From Candidatus Hydrogenedens sp. (GTDB lineage Bacteria > Hydrogenedentota > Hydrogenedentia > Hydrogenedentales > JAEUWI01), in assembly GCA_016125095.1 (NCBI GenBank), contig WGMK01000007.1, positions 265,605 to 329,604 of the forward strand: 64,000 nt of DNA, read 5' to 3'. The stretch's first letter is position 1; each line of letters begins with the position of its first letter. Below are positions 29,593 to 38,969 of the stretch, one piece after another. Under the pieces are notes generated by a model that saw only the letters and a program-made list of their open reading frames with translations, was not told the origin of the DNA and searched no databases. A program made the translations under genes and the position numbers.

Positions 29593-30629
29593 AGACGCTC
29601 GCACGCATCACCCTGCTTGTATTGCTGTCGGCCTCGGCCGTGTCGGTGTCGGGCTGCATCCCGATGCCGTACCGCACCGGCCCGAACGAAGTGGGCGTAC
29701 GCACCATCAAGATGTCGCTCACCGGCGCCAAGGGTGTGGAAGAGAAGGTATACGAACCGGGCACCACGCATTGGTTCATCCCCTTTTTCACCGACTGGCA
29801 CACCTTCGACACGAGTGTACAGAACCTGCAGATGCTCGGTTCGCTTAACCGGGGCGACCGCACGGGACGCGACGAACTCGTGTTCAAGACCATCGACGGC
29901 AACGACATCTCGCTGGATGTGATCGTGTCGTACAAGCTTATCGAGGAAAAGGCGCCCATGGTGCTGCAGGAAGTCGCGACGAATAGCGACGAACTTCGCG
30001 AGAGCATCGTGCGCACGATTGCGCGCAGCAAGCCGCGCGACATTTTCGGCGAACTGGACACGGAAGACTTCTACATCGCCGGGAACCGTACGGCGAAATC
30101 GCAGGAAGTGCTTGAGGCATTAAATGCCATCCTCATTCCCTACGGCGTCGAGGTAAGCCGCGTGGGCACGGTGGATTACCGCTACAGCCCGGAATACCAG
30201 ACGGCGATCGAGGACAAGAAGGTGGCCGAACAGGAAGCCGAGAAGCTGAAGTCCGAGACGAAGGCCGTTGCGGCGCAGTTTCTGACCGAAGTGGAGAAGG
30301 CCAAGGCGGAAAACGAGAAACTACGCGCCGAGGCCGATGGCGATTACCGCCGCGCAGTCATCGAGGCGGACGCCTACTTCGAGCAGCAGAAGAGCCTGGC
30401 GAAGGCGATCTTGGCAGAAGGCAAGGCCGAGGCGGAGGCGATCAAGGAAATGAACGCGGCGCTCTCCGGCCAAGGCGGCGAGGCGATGGTCAAGCTGAAG
30501 ATTGCCGAATCGCTCAAGGACAAGCGCATCCTGATGCTGCCCACGGGCGGCGGCGGGCTCGACGTGCGCAACACCGACGTAAACCAGCTGCTGCAGCTGC
30601 TGGGCGTGCAGGAGCTGGGCAAGAAGTAG
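29589..30629 (+). CDS. SPFH/band-7 family lipoprotein (HflC/flotillin-like partner)
   Basis: ATGA overlap with the upstream SPFH gene. Lipobox SVSGC. SPFH core followed by coiled-coil (AEQEAEKLKSETKAVAAQFLTEVEKAKAENEKLRAEADGDYRRAVIEADAYFEQQKSLAKAILAEGKAEAEAIKE). Confidence 0.8.
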   Translation: MKTLARITLLVLLSASAVSVSGCIPMPYRTGPNEVGVRTIKMSLTGAKGVEEKVYEPGTTHWFIPFFTDWHTFDTSVQNLQMLGSLNRGDRTGRDELVFKTIDGNDISLDVIVSYKLIEEKAPMVLQEVATNSDELRESIVRTIARSKPRDIFGELDTEDFYIAGNRTAKSQEVLEALNAILIPYGVEVSRVGTVDYRYSPEYQTAIEDKKVAEQEAEKLKSETKAVAAQFLTEVEKAKAENEKLRAEADGDYRRAVIEADAYFEQQKSLAKAILAEGKAEAEAIKEMNAALSGQGGEAMVKLKIAESLKDKRILMLPTGGGGLDVRNTDVNQLLQLLGVQELGKK

Positions 30630-30635
30630 CAACGA

Positions 30636-31619
30636 TCAGGGTTCCAGCGCGGGGCAGTCGCCCTCGGAATGCGTCACCGGGTTGCACCGCATGGTGGCTC
30701 CGCCCTCGAATTCGACGACATAGCCGCTGTCTTCGTCCTTCTCGCCGGGAGGATAGTCCGTGTGGATGACCTGCGCCCCGCAGGCGAAGGCTTGGTCGCG
30801 CTTCTTGAAGAAGCCCGATTTGTCACCGGGCGTGGCGCCATCGGCTCGCGTACGGATGTAGTAGCCTTCCTTCAGCCAGGGACCCGTGCGCTCGCTGTAG
30901 GGATTGTTCTCGATGATAAAGGCGGAATAGGCCTCTCCTGGCTCGGATTGGGGGAAGGCAGCGCGGCCCTCGGCCGACGGCCGCGCCTGCAGGTACCAGT
31001 CGCGGATACGCCCTGTGTCGTGCAGCACGAATAGTACCGTGCCGCGCACGCTGTCCAGCTCCGGCCAGCCGGTGCTCGTGACGGCCTCTTCCAGGGTATT
31101 GGCCTCGCCGCGCACCCGGTCGGGGGTAAGCAGGCGCTCCTCGGGAAACACGCCGCGGATGGCCTCGTCCATAACATCGAGTGCTTCCGGCGTATACGGG
31201 AAGATTTCAGGGTCGAGGCGGTTCAGTTCATCCTTCGTTTCCAACAGCACGACAATCGGCACATGCTTGGGGTGGGCGTCGGACCAGGCCTTAATAACCC
31301 CGAGACAATCGGGAAACACGGCGCAGGAACTGTTGTTGTCGTAGTGGGGGACATGCAGCACGCGGAAGCCGGAGCCTGTCCAGTGCAGGTCCAACTCGAA
31401 GCTGCGGACTCCATGCTCCAATTGCTGGTCCAGCGGCAGGTGCTGGTAGTCCCATTCGAGCGCTTCCGGAAACAAGGTGCCAATGGTCTTGAAGTATTCG
31501 GCACCCATGGACTGATGGTAGCTATTGTGCGTGCCAATAATCTGAATCTGGTTCATCCGCAATGGTTCGGCATGCGCGGCGAACGCGGCGACGGCGAGAA
31601 ACAGGACGCAATATCGCAT
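30636..31619 (-). CDS. Secreted PI-PLC X-domain-like phosphodiesterase (PLC-like TIM barrel)
   Basis: Signal peptide MRYCVLFLAVAAFAAHA. Catalytic-His motif IIGTHNSYH and FELDLHW, typical of phosphatidylinositol-specific phospholipase C X-domains. Confidence 0.6.
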   Translation of the reverse strand: MRYCVLFLAVAAFAAHAEPLRMNQIQIIGTHNSYHQSMGAEYFKTIGTLFPEALEWDYQHLPLDQQLEHGVRSFELDLHWTGSGFRVLHVPHYDNNSSCAVFPDCLGVIKAWSDAHPKHVPIVVLLETKDELNRLDPEIFPYTPEALDVMDEAIRGVFPEERLLTPDRVRGEANTLEEAVTSTGWPELDSVRGTVLFVLHDTGRIRDWYLQARPSAEGRAAFPQSEPGEAYSAFIIENNPYSERTGPWLKEGYYIRTRADGATPGDKSGFFKKRDQAFACGAQVIHTDYPPGEKDEDSGYVVEFEGGATMRCNPVTHSEGDCPALEP

Positions 31620-31661
31620 GGAGTGATTCCTTTGTATGAACCAGAAGAGGGGTATGCGCGA

Positions 31662-32933
31662 TTAGACCGGCCGGTCGTAAATAAGTTTCAGGCCTGCGTA
31701 GGGATCGACCAGCGTGATGCCGTCCTCATTGAAGAGGGCCGTCACCGGGGCGCCCTTTCCTGCCTCGGTATAGGCGAAGTTCGCCTGGCAGACTTCGCGG
31801 GCGGCGTGCACGATGAGCGCGGTCAGGCGGCCTTCCTCGGCCGTGGGATAAGTACCCGCCAGTTGCTCGCGCGTCTTGCCGAGAAACTTCATCTCTGCCA
31901 CCTTGGCCACGCAGGCAATCACGCTGTCGATGCCGTAGCCGGTGGTTACATGCGACCCGTCCTCGCGCGGTACGTCGCGCAAGACATGCGTGTTCATCGT
32001 TCGCGAGCCATGCCCCGCCGCCGCATAGCGCAGGCCGCGGTATTGCGTGTCGGACTCGATGACGCCGTCGGTGCCGTAGAGGGCGCTTTCCTGGTTCACC
32101 GGCCCCTCGAATCCGTCCGGCATGATCCAGTTGTTGATGAAATCGATGCTCATGCCGTTGTCGAACTGCACCTTGACCTGCACGGCATCGAAGGTATCGA
32201 TTTTAAAGTCGCCGAGCAGCTTTCGCTTCTGGCCCACGGCGTGCAGCGACACGGGCTTCACGCCCAGGTAGGCGATGTAGAGGTCGGTCCAGTGGCAGCC
32301 GACATAGCTGAACGGGTCGCTGTTTTCGGCCCACTGCGCGAAGACCTGCGAGCTGATTTCGAGGGGTTCTTCCAGCACGGCCCGACCATAGAGCGGAGCG
32401 CCGATGCGCTTCGTCAGTACGTCGCGGATGCGTAAGTGGTCGGGATCGTAGCGCTTGTGCATGTCCACGCCGACCAGCAGCCCCTTGGCCTGCGCGAGCT
32501 CGACGATCTTATCGGCCTCAGCGGAGTCGAGCGTCATGGGCTTTTCGACCAGCACGTGCACACCGCGCTCGAGTGCGGCCAGCGTGGGGCCGCCATGTAG
32601 GTTGTCCGGCGTCGCTACCGCCAACAGGTCGAGGTCGGGGTAGGCATCCAGCACGTCCACCCAAGGAGCGACTCCATGGTAGAGCGCGAAATCGAGGCCG
32701 CGCGTGCTCCATTCGGCCAGGCGGGCCTTACCACTGGCCTCGGTACGGGTGGCGAGCGCGACGAACTCGATCTCGACATCGGCGAGTGGACGGGCAAGGT
32801 CATCGAGGCCCAGCCGCCCCAGCCACGGCGCCAGTCCGTTGCGCTGCAATTGGGAATAGGCGGGCAGGTGGACATCCTGCCCGAACATACCGGCACCCGC
32901 GAGGGCGATGCGCAGCTTTCGCGCGCCGCTCAC
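31662..32933 (-). CDS. Gfo/Idh/MocA family NAD(P)-dependent oxidoreductase
   Basis: N-terminal Rossmann fold LRIALAGAGMFGQDVHLPAY and a GFO_IDH_MocA C-terminal domain. Confidence 0.75.
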   Translation of the reverse strand: MSGARKLRIALAGAGMFGQDVHLPAYSQLQRNGLAPWLGRLGLDDLARPLADVEIEFVALATRTEASGKARLAEWSTRGLDFALYHGVAPWVDVLDAYPDLDLLAVATPDNLHGGPTLAALERGVHVLVEKPMTLDSAEADKIVELAQAKGLLVGVDMHKRYDPDHLRIRDVLTKRIGAPLYGRAVLEEPLEISSQVFAQWAENSDPFSYVGCHWTDLYIAYLGVKPVSLHAVGQKRKLLGDFKIDTFDAVQVKVQFDNGMSIDFINNWIMPDGFEGPVNQESALYGTDGVIESDTQYRGLRYAAAGHGSRTMNTHVLRDVPREDGSHVTTGYGIDSVIACVAKVAEMKFLGKTREQLAGTYPTAEEGRLTALIVHAAREVCQANFAYTEAGKGAPVTALFNEDGITLVDPYAGLKLIYDRPV

Positions 32934-33995
32934 GGCTTCTCTGCTTCAGGGAACATCTCGACCCGGATAAATTTGCCCGCATCGGCGATAATCCCGGCGA
33001 TGCGCTCCGCCTTCTTGTCGTAAAGCAAGGTCTTGTGCAGCATATCTTCCATCTCTTCAAAGGTGATTTCGCCCGGCTCGTGGCGCGCGTCCACCTGAAT
33101 GATGTGCCAGCCCACCTGGCTGCGGAATGGCTCGGAGACTTCGCCTATCGGGATGGTGAGCATCTGCGCGCCCACTTCCATGCCGACGAGATCGGGCAGG
33201 GCCTCGCGGTAGAGTCCGCCGCGTCCTGCGCTGACGGCATCCTGCGACACGTCGCGGGCGACATCGGCGAAGGCCTCACCATTGACGATACGCTCGCGCG
33301 CCGCCTCGACGCGCGCCCGGGCGTTGTCCCAGGCAAGGTCATCGTTAGCACGAGGACGGATGAGAATCTGGCGCACGTCGGCCGTCATCGCCGGGCGTAG
33401 CGTCTGCCCGGCCTCCTTGGCCTTCGCGTAGAGTTCGCGTACTTCCTCGTCGCTTACGGTTACGTCTTCGGTCTGCTGTTCTTTGTAACGCTCCAACTGT
33501 ATCCGAGAGCGGATTTCGTCCTTCAGTTCCGCTTCGGTCATTTGCATGGACCGAAGGTGGTTCTGGAAGGCCTCTTCGGAGGGCATGCGTTTACGGCGTT
33601 CCAGATAGTCGGCCTCGACCTCTTCGTCTGTTACCTCGATGCCGCTGTTTGCGGCCAGGATGCGAAGTAGCCGCGCGGTAATCAGTTCCTGCAGCACCTG
33701 CTTGCGGAACTCCATGGAGGGTCCCTCGTTGGCGCCGGCACGTCCGGCCTGCTGCTCCATGGCCCAGCGGAAGGCCACGTCGTGATCGAAGGCGCCCTTC
33801 GTCAGCTTGTAGTCACCGATCTGCGCGATGATCATGTCCGGAGTTGGCGGCTGTTGTTCGCCATTGAACCGTTCCGAAGGCGCGGTGACGGTGTCCGGGT
33901 CGGAAGAGGAACTTGTACCGGGATTCGTGACGACCTGCGCCGAGGCAAAGCCGCACAGCAACAACGTCGCGGGGAGGATGAGTTTATGCCACACG
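32930..33995 (-). CDS. Periplasmic peptidyl-prolyl cis-trans isomerase, parvulin (PpiC) domain, SurA/PrsA-like
   Basis: Parvulin domain (VRQILIRP...EAFADVARDVSQD...GGLYREALPDLVGMEVGAQMLTIPIGEVSEPFRSQVGWHIIQV). The proposed GTG start at 33995 (VWHKLILPATLLLCGFASAQ signal peptide) avoids a 130-nt overlap with the upstream gene that the ORF-track ATG at 34114 would imply. Confidence 0.65.
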
Positions 33996-35051
33996 GATGC
34001 GTTTCCCTGTCTTGGCTGCCTGATAGATCTTCTCGATGAGCGCAACCGCGTTGCGCCCCTCGCGGCCGTCAATGCCGGGCGCCTTGCCGGCACGGAGCGC
34101 CTTGGTAAAGTCATCGATCTGGCGGCGGTGTCCCTCGATTTTCAACGAGGCGAGCGGATCGCCCGCGCCGGAACCCAGCGCGGATTCTTCCTTGAGGCTG
34201 GCCTCGATTTTCTTGTCGATGGGCTTCGCCTTGGCGAATTGCCACGAAGTCAGCTTGCCGTCCTCGAGGATGGCGGAGCCCTCGGTGCCGTGGATTTCGA
34301 TGCGGGCGGCGTGGCCCGGATAGATGGCGGTGCTTCCCTCGATGACGCCCATGGCGCCATTCTCGAATTCGAGCATCGCGGTGGCCAGGTCTTCCACTTC
34401 AAGGCCCTTGTGGCCCACCAGCGCCGCCTGTGCGACGACCGACTTCACGGGGCCCATCAGCCACTGGAGCAGGTCGATGTAGTGAATGCCCTGGTTCATC
34501 AGCGCGCCGCCGCCGTCGAGCTTCCAGGTGCCGCGCCAGGCGCCGCTGTCGTAGTAGGCCTGGGAGCGGAACCACTTGATGTAGGCATCGCCGAGCACGA
34601 GTTTGCCGAAGCGTCCCTGATCGACGGCCTGCTTGAGCAACAGCGCGTCGTCGGAGAAGCGGCTCTGGAAGATGCAGCCGAGGCGGACCTTGTGCTGGTC
34701 GCAGGCCCCGATGATCCTGTCGATGCGCTTGGTGGTCACGTCCAGCGGCTTTTCCGAAAGGATGTGCTTGCCGGCCTTGGCGCAGGCCACAACAATTTCC
34801 ATGCGCAGGCCGCTCGGCACGCAGATGCACACGGCATCGAGGTCCGGGCGCTTGAGCATCTCGTGGTAATCGTCATAGGCGTCTGCGCCGTATTGATCGG
34901 CCAGCTTCCGGGCACTCGCCAATACCACGTCAGCCACGCCGACCAGCTTGGCATTTTTCACTTCGGCAATGGCCGCCGCGTGCACGGGGCCGATATTGCC
35001 GCAGCCGATGATTCCGTATCCGATAGGGGGCATGTTGTACTCCTTGGTCAA
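33984..35051 (-). CDS. Gfo/Idh/MocA family oxidoreductase
   Basis: IGYGIIGCGNIGPVHAAAIAEV Rossmann motif, EKPL motif (LSEKPLDVT) and a C-terminal dimerisation domain. Confidence 0.8.
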   Translation of the reverse strand: MTKEYNMPPIGYGIIGCGNIGPVHAAAIAEVKNAKLVGVADVVLASARKLADQYGADAYDDYHEMLKRPDLDAVCICVPSGLRMEIVVACAKAGKHILSEKPLDVTTKRIDRIIGACDQHKVRLGCIFQSRFSDDALLLKQAVDQGRFGKLVLGDAYIKWFRSQAYYDSGAWRGTWKLDGGGALMNQGIHYIDLLQWLMGPVKSVVAQAALVGHKGLEVEDLATAMLEFENGAMGVIEGSTAIYPGHAARIEIHGTEGSAILEDGKLTSWQFAKAKPIDKKIEASLKEESALGSGAGDPLASLKIEGHRRQIDDFTKALRAGKAPGIDGREGRNAVALIEKIYQAAKTGKRIRVA

Positions 35052-35085
35052 TCGGGGCGAAGTATAGCATCCGGTGCCCCGGGGC

Positions 35086-36129
35086 TCACGTCACCCGGCA
35101 ATTCCGCACCGTATCCACCACGCATTGCACGTTTTCGAAGGGCGTCTCCTTCAGCAGGCCGTGGCTGAGATTGAAGATATGGCCTTGATGGCCGCCTTCG
35201 CGCACGCAGGCCTCCGCCGCGGCGGCAATGCCGGCTGGAGCGCCCTTGACCAGCATCTTGTTGTCGAGATTGCCCTGCAGCACCTGCGATGCCCCGAGCT
35301 GGCTGCGCGCCTCGGTGATGCTGATGGATGCGGGCAGGCTGATGATGTCCGCGCCCGCCGCCGCCAGGTGATCGAGCCGGTTCCAGTCGCGCGCGAAGAC
35401 GATGGACTTCACATAGGGCTTGAGCGCGGCGAAGATGGCCTGCTGATACGGCAGCGCGAACTGTTCGTAGAGCGGGTCGTCGAGGAGAAAGGCCGCCGAT
35501 TCGAACAACTGCACCGCCGCGACGCCGCATTCCGCCTGATATTGAAGGTAGGCGATGGTCATGGCGGTCAATCGCTCGAGCAGCCGATGGACCGCAGCCG
35601 GATTCTCGTGGAGCCAGTGCAGGGATTTCGGCGCGCTGTGGCTGAAACTGCCCCCCTCGATGAGGAAGACCGCGAGTGTCAGCGGGGCGCCTGCGAATCC
35701 CAGCACGGGCAGGCTGTCGTCGAGCTCGCCGCGGATGGAAAGGAGGGTCTCGCGCACAAAGGGTAACTGAGCGGCGATGTCGTAAGGCTCAAAGCGGTCC
35801 AGATCCTCGACCCGCTCAATTGGATTCTCGAGCACCGGACCGGGTGCAAAGACGAAATGGCCGCCCATGGGAGAAAGGGGGGTCAGGATGTCCTGATAGA
35901 AAATGATGGCGTCCACCCCGAGACGCTGGGGCAGCAGCGAGATGCGCGTGGCCAGTTCGGGATGCCGGAACAGCGCCTCCAAGGGCAGCCCGACGCTTTC
36001 GCGCAGTTTCAGGTATTCCGGATCCGTGCGGCCGGCCTGGCGCATCAGCCAGACGGGCGTGCGTTCCGTGCGCTCGCCGCGGGCGGCGCGTTCAAACAGA
36101 TCGTTTTTGTATCGAGGAGGCATGCTCAC
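35086..36129 (-). CDS. hemE: Uroporphyrinogen decarboxylase
   Basis: Hallmark N-terminal PVWLMRQAGR motif and URO-D fold. 347 aa. Confidence 0.85.
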   Translation of the reverse strand: MSMPPRYKNDLFERAARGERTERTPVWLMRQAGRTDPEYLKLRESVGLPLEALFRHPELATRISLLPQRLGVDAIIFYQDILTPLSPMGGHFVFAPGPVLENPIERVEDLDRFEPYDIAAQLPFVRETLLSIRGELDDSLPVLGFAGAPLTLAVFLIEGGSFSHSAPKSLHWLHENPAAVHRLLERLTAMTIAYLQYQAECGVAAVQLFESAAFLLDDPLYEQFALPYQQAIFAALKPYVKSIVFARDWNRLDHLAAAGADIISLPASISITEARSQLGASQVLQGNLDNKMLVKGAPAGIAAAAEACVREGGHQGHIFNLSHGLLKETPFENVQCVVDTVRNCRVT

Positions 36130-36144
36130 GCTCTTGCGTCCCGC

Positions 36145-36318
36145 TCAGTCGCCGGGACGGCGGTTGAAATACACGATGACGGCGCCAAGGAGTGAAAGTA
36201 CCAGCCAATGCCAGGATTCCAGTGGCAGGCTGCGGAAGGGTTCTATGGGCATTCCGTAGTATTCGAACAACGCCGCCGCCAGACCACTCACGCACAGCAC
36301 CGCGCCGAGGACATTCAT
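36145..36318 (-). CDS. Small hydrophobic membrane protein (hypothetical)
   Basis: Likely start MNVLGAVLCVSGLAAALFEYY...WHWLVLSLLGAVIVYF (two TM helices), co-directional with and downstream of hemE. This is a weak call. Confidence 0.3.
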   Translation of the reverse strand: MNVLGAVLCVSGLAAALFEYYGMPIEPFRSLPLESWHWLVLSLLGAVIVYFNRRPGD

Positions 36319-36452
36319 GCTGCGCTCTCCTTGCGTCGCCCGTGCAGAGTCTTTCAAATGAGCGGCGGTGGAAGCAACCCCGAGGCCGTGCAACCGGCCG
36401 ACCGCCGCCGCTACAATGGCGTTGGAATGCAGCTTAGAGAGGGCGGCATCGC

Positions 36453-38969
36453 GTGAGCGACAAACAGAGGATAGCGGAACTGCAGGCCGAGGTAACCCGG
36501 CTGAAGCAGGCGCTTGCCCGCACCCCCGGGGACCGCGAGGACGGCTCGGGGCTGTTGCACGATTGGAGCGAACGCGTGGACCGCGCCTTCCGGGGCGATT
36601 CCGAAGACAGCCTCGAGCGCCGCGTCGGCGGCGTGTGGCTGTCGCGCGTGGCGGCTGTGCTCACGATGACGGCGGCAGGCATCGGCGCGCGCGCCGCCTA
36701 CGAGGCCGACGAGCTCCTGGGCTTCACGCTCGGCCCATGGGAAAAGGCGGGTATCGGCTACCTGCTCGCGCTGGTGTTTGTGGCTTACGGCTGGTTTGCG
36801 CGGCACCGTGCGGTGCGCGGCCGCTCCACGGTTTACGAGGCGCTCTTCGCCGAGGCCATACTGGGCTGCGGCCTAGCTGGCATCTACTTCGTCACCTTCG
36901 CCGCCGCGTTTATCGAGCCCATGCGGCTGTTTCCGAATCCGGTGTGGGCCCTCGGCCCCCTGGCGGCCTGCGTGCTGCTGCTCGCGGGCGTAAGCCACAG
37001 CCAGCGCAGCCCCACCGTCGCGGGCATCGGGTTCTTCCTTGCGTACTACACGGTCGTGTTCGCCGCCGCCCTTGAGCCCACCTTCGAGGGCCTGCTCTAC
37101 GCGCTGCTTACCTCGACCGTGCTCGCGGCCGTTACGCTCGCCTTCCACATTGCCCATCGCTGGATGCCCCTGTCGTGGGCGGCCATGGCGGCATCGTATC
37201 TGGCCTATGTCTGGCTGTTCGCCTGGAACGCCGCCTCCGGCCTGATCGCACCGGAGCTGCTCTTCTGGCTCTCGCAGGGCTTTCTCGGCCTCAATTACCT
37301 GCTCTTCGCTATCACCGCAATAGCCGATTCCCGCCGGTCCAGCGCCGCGACGATTTCGGCCTATCGCATGGCGATGGCCAACTTCCTGTTCTTCATTCTG
37401 CTGGCTTGGCGGGCCGTCGAACAGGCGTTCCCCGGCCAGGCGGTTTGGCTGTTCACGGGCGTCGCGGCGATCAATGCCGCCTTCGCGGTGGCCTGTGTGC
37501 CCCGGAGCAGCCAGCGGGGACTCTTCGCGCTCAAGGCCGCCGCGCTTGCCGCCGCCGCCATGGCCAGTTACTTCCCGCGCGACCTGCTGCTTTGGGGGCT
37601 GCCACTCGAAGCCGTTGTCCTCTTGCTGCTCTACAAGCGGCAGCACAATCGCCATCTACTGCAATTGAGCGTGCTGTTGTCGGTGATTACGGTGCTGGTC
37701 GCCGCGATGAGTCTCAATCTCCCCGGGCATAGGACGTTTGCCGGGTACGAAATCGCCTCGAGCATGCTCGGTCTATGGGGCGCCTCCATGATGTTCGCGG
37801 TACTTGCCGCACTTTACGAGCACTCGGTTCCCCGGCTGCGGCCTGCCCCGCCGATGCGGCGTCGTAAGGGCGACCGAATCAAGCCTGCGTTTCAACTGCG
37901 CCCGGCGGGTACCGCAGTGCTTCATGCGGCTGCGACGGCGTTTCTGCTGATGAGCTACGGCATCCTGCACTGGGGCGGCGACCCGCTGCTGCCCTTTATC
38001 CTCACCCTAATGGCCGCCGGGGGGGCGCTCGTGGGGTTCATGCTGCGCACGCCGCAAATCGAAGTGGGGGCCGTGCTGCTACTCGGCGCGGCGCATGTCT
38101 GCTTCCATATTTTCTACTGGGCGCCCGTCGCGGGCTTTGTCGATCATCCCTGGTTCGATGTGGGCGCGGGGTTGCTGGCGGCAATCACCTTCGGGGCGGC
38201 CCGGGCGTGGGAACGGTATCTCGTGCGCATCCAGCGCCACGCCCAGCAGAAGGGTGCGGAAGAAAACTGGACCGCGGACCTCGAGCACCAGATGATTGCC
38301 GCCTTGCCGTACGTTGGCGCGACCTTCATCCTGACCACCCTGACCGACCACCTGCTGCCCGCGCCCTATTTACCGGGCGTGCAGGGGGCCATTGGCGTGG
38401 CCTTCGTGCTGGTCGGATACCGCTACGACCTGAATGGCATCAAGGCCTCCGGCGTGTTCGCGACGGCGGCCGCAACGCTCAGCTTCTACACGCAGGTCTA
38501 TGCCACGCCCGAGTTCGTAGCGAACCGGCCCTTGTTCGTCGCCGCGATGGCCGGATATCTGGCCGCGATGACGCTTGCCGAGCGGCTGGTGGCTTTCCTC
38601 GAGAGCCGCGAAGCGAATCCGTCCCGTATCGAGGACGTGCTCCGCTCGTCCATGGTGGCCGTGCTGATGACGATGGGAGCGCTTGGCCTGTTCGAGGTAG
38701 CGCCCTCGCTGCTGCTGCCCGTGGCGCTTCTGGGCTTCGGCGCGTTGCTCATGATTGTCGGCTTTTTTTTCCACGAGAGCCGGTACCGCTGGGCATCGCT
38801 GGCGGTGTTCGCGGCCTCGGTAGGCGCCGCCTTCGTCGGCCTGGACTTCAATCACATCAGCAGCTTCCTCTCCTTCGCGGCCGCGGCCATTGTGCTGCTC
38901 GGCGTGTCGTGGCTCTACACCCGCCGCCCAATCGAGGCCGACACGCCGACCTCGGGACCGCATGGATAG
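36453..38969 (+). CDS. Large polytopic membrane protein (DUF2339-like), N-terminal coiled-coil
   Basis: 838 aa. N-terminal coiled-coil QRIAELQAEVTRLKQALA followed by more than 20 predicted TM helices. The stop overlaps the cca start (ATGGATAG). Confidence 0.5.
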   Translation: MSDKQRIAELQAEVTRLKQALARTPGDREDGSGLLHDWSERVDRAFRGDSEDSLERRVGGVWLSRVAAVLTMTAAGIGARAAYEADELLGFTLGPWEKAGIGYLLALVFVAYGWFARHRAVRGRSTVYEALFAEAILGCGLAGIYFVTFAAAFIEPMRLFPNPVWALGPLAACVLLLAGVSHSQRSPTVAGIGFFLAYYTVVFAAALEPTFEGLLYALLTSTVLAAVTLAFHIAHRWMPLSWAAMAASYLAYVWLFAWNAASGLIAPELLFWLSQGFLGLNYLLFAITAIADSRRSSAATISAYRMAMANFLFFILLAWRAVEQAFPGQAVWLFTGVAAINAAFAVACVPRSSQRGLFALKAAALAAAAMASYFPRDLLLWGLPLEAVVLLLLYKRQHNRHLLQLSVLLSVITVLVAAMSLNLPGHRTFAGYEIASSMLGLWGASMMFAVLAALYEHSVPRLRPAPPMRRRKGDRIKPAFQLRPAGTAVLHAAATAFLLMSYGILHWGGDPLLPFILTLMAAGGALVGFMLRTPQIEVGAVLLLGAAHVCFHIFYWAPVAGFVDHPWFDVGAGLLAAITFGAARAWERYLVRIQRHAQQKGAEENWTADLEHQMIAALPYVGATFILTTLTDHLLPAPYLPGVQGAIGVAFVLVGYRYDLNGIKASGVFATAAATLSFYTQVYATPEFVANRPLFVAAMAGYLAAMTLAERLVAFLESREANPSRIEDVLRSSMVAVLMTMGALGLFEVAPSLLLPVALLGFGALLMIVGFFFHESRYRWASLAVFAASVGAAFVGLDFNHISSFLSFAAAAIVLLGVSWLYTRRPIEADTPTSGPHG

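Noticed and set aside
31263-32435. 390-aa plus-strand ORF
   Set aside because: It is antisense to the Gfo/Idh/MocA oxidoreductase and the PI-PLC-like gene. No domain is present.
33996-34114. ATG start at 34114 for the parvulin PPIase (ORF-track start)
   Set aside because: It would overlap the upstream oxidoreductase by about 130 nt and adds an Arg-rich junk N-terminus. The GTG at 33995 gives a proper signal peptide.
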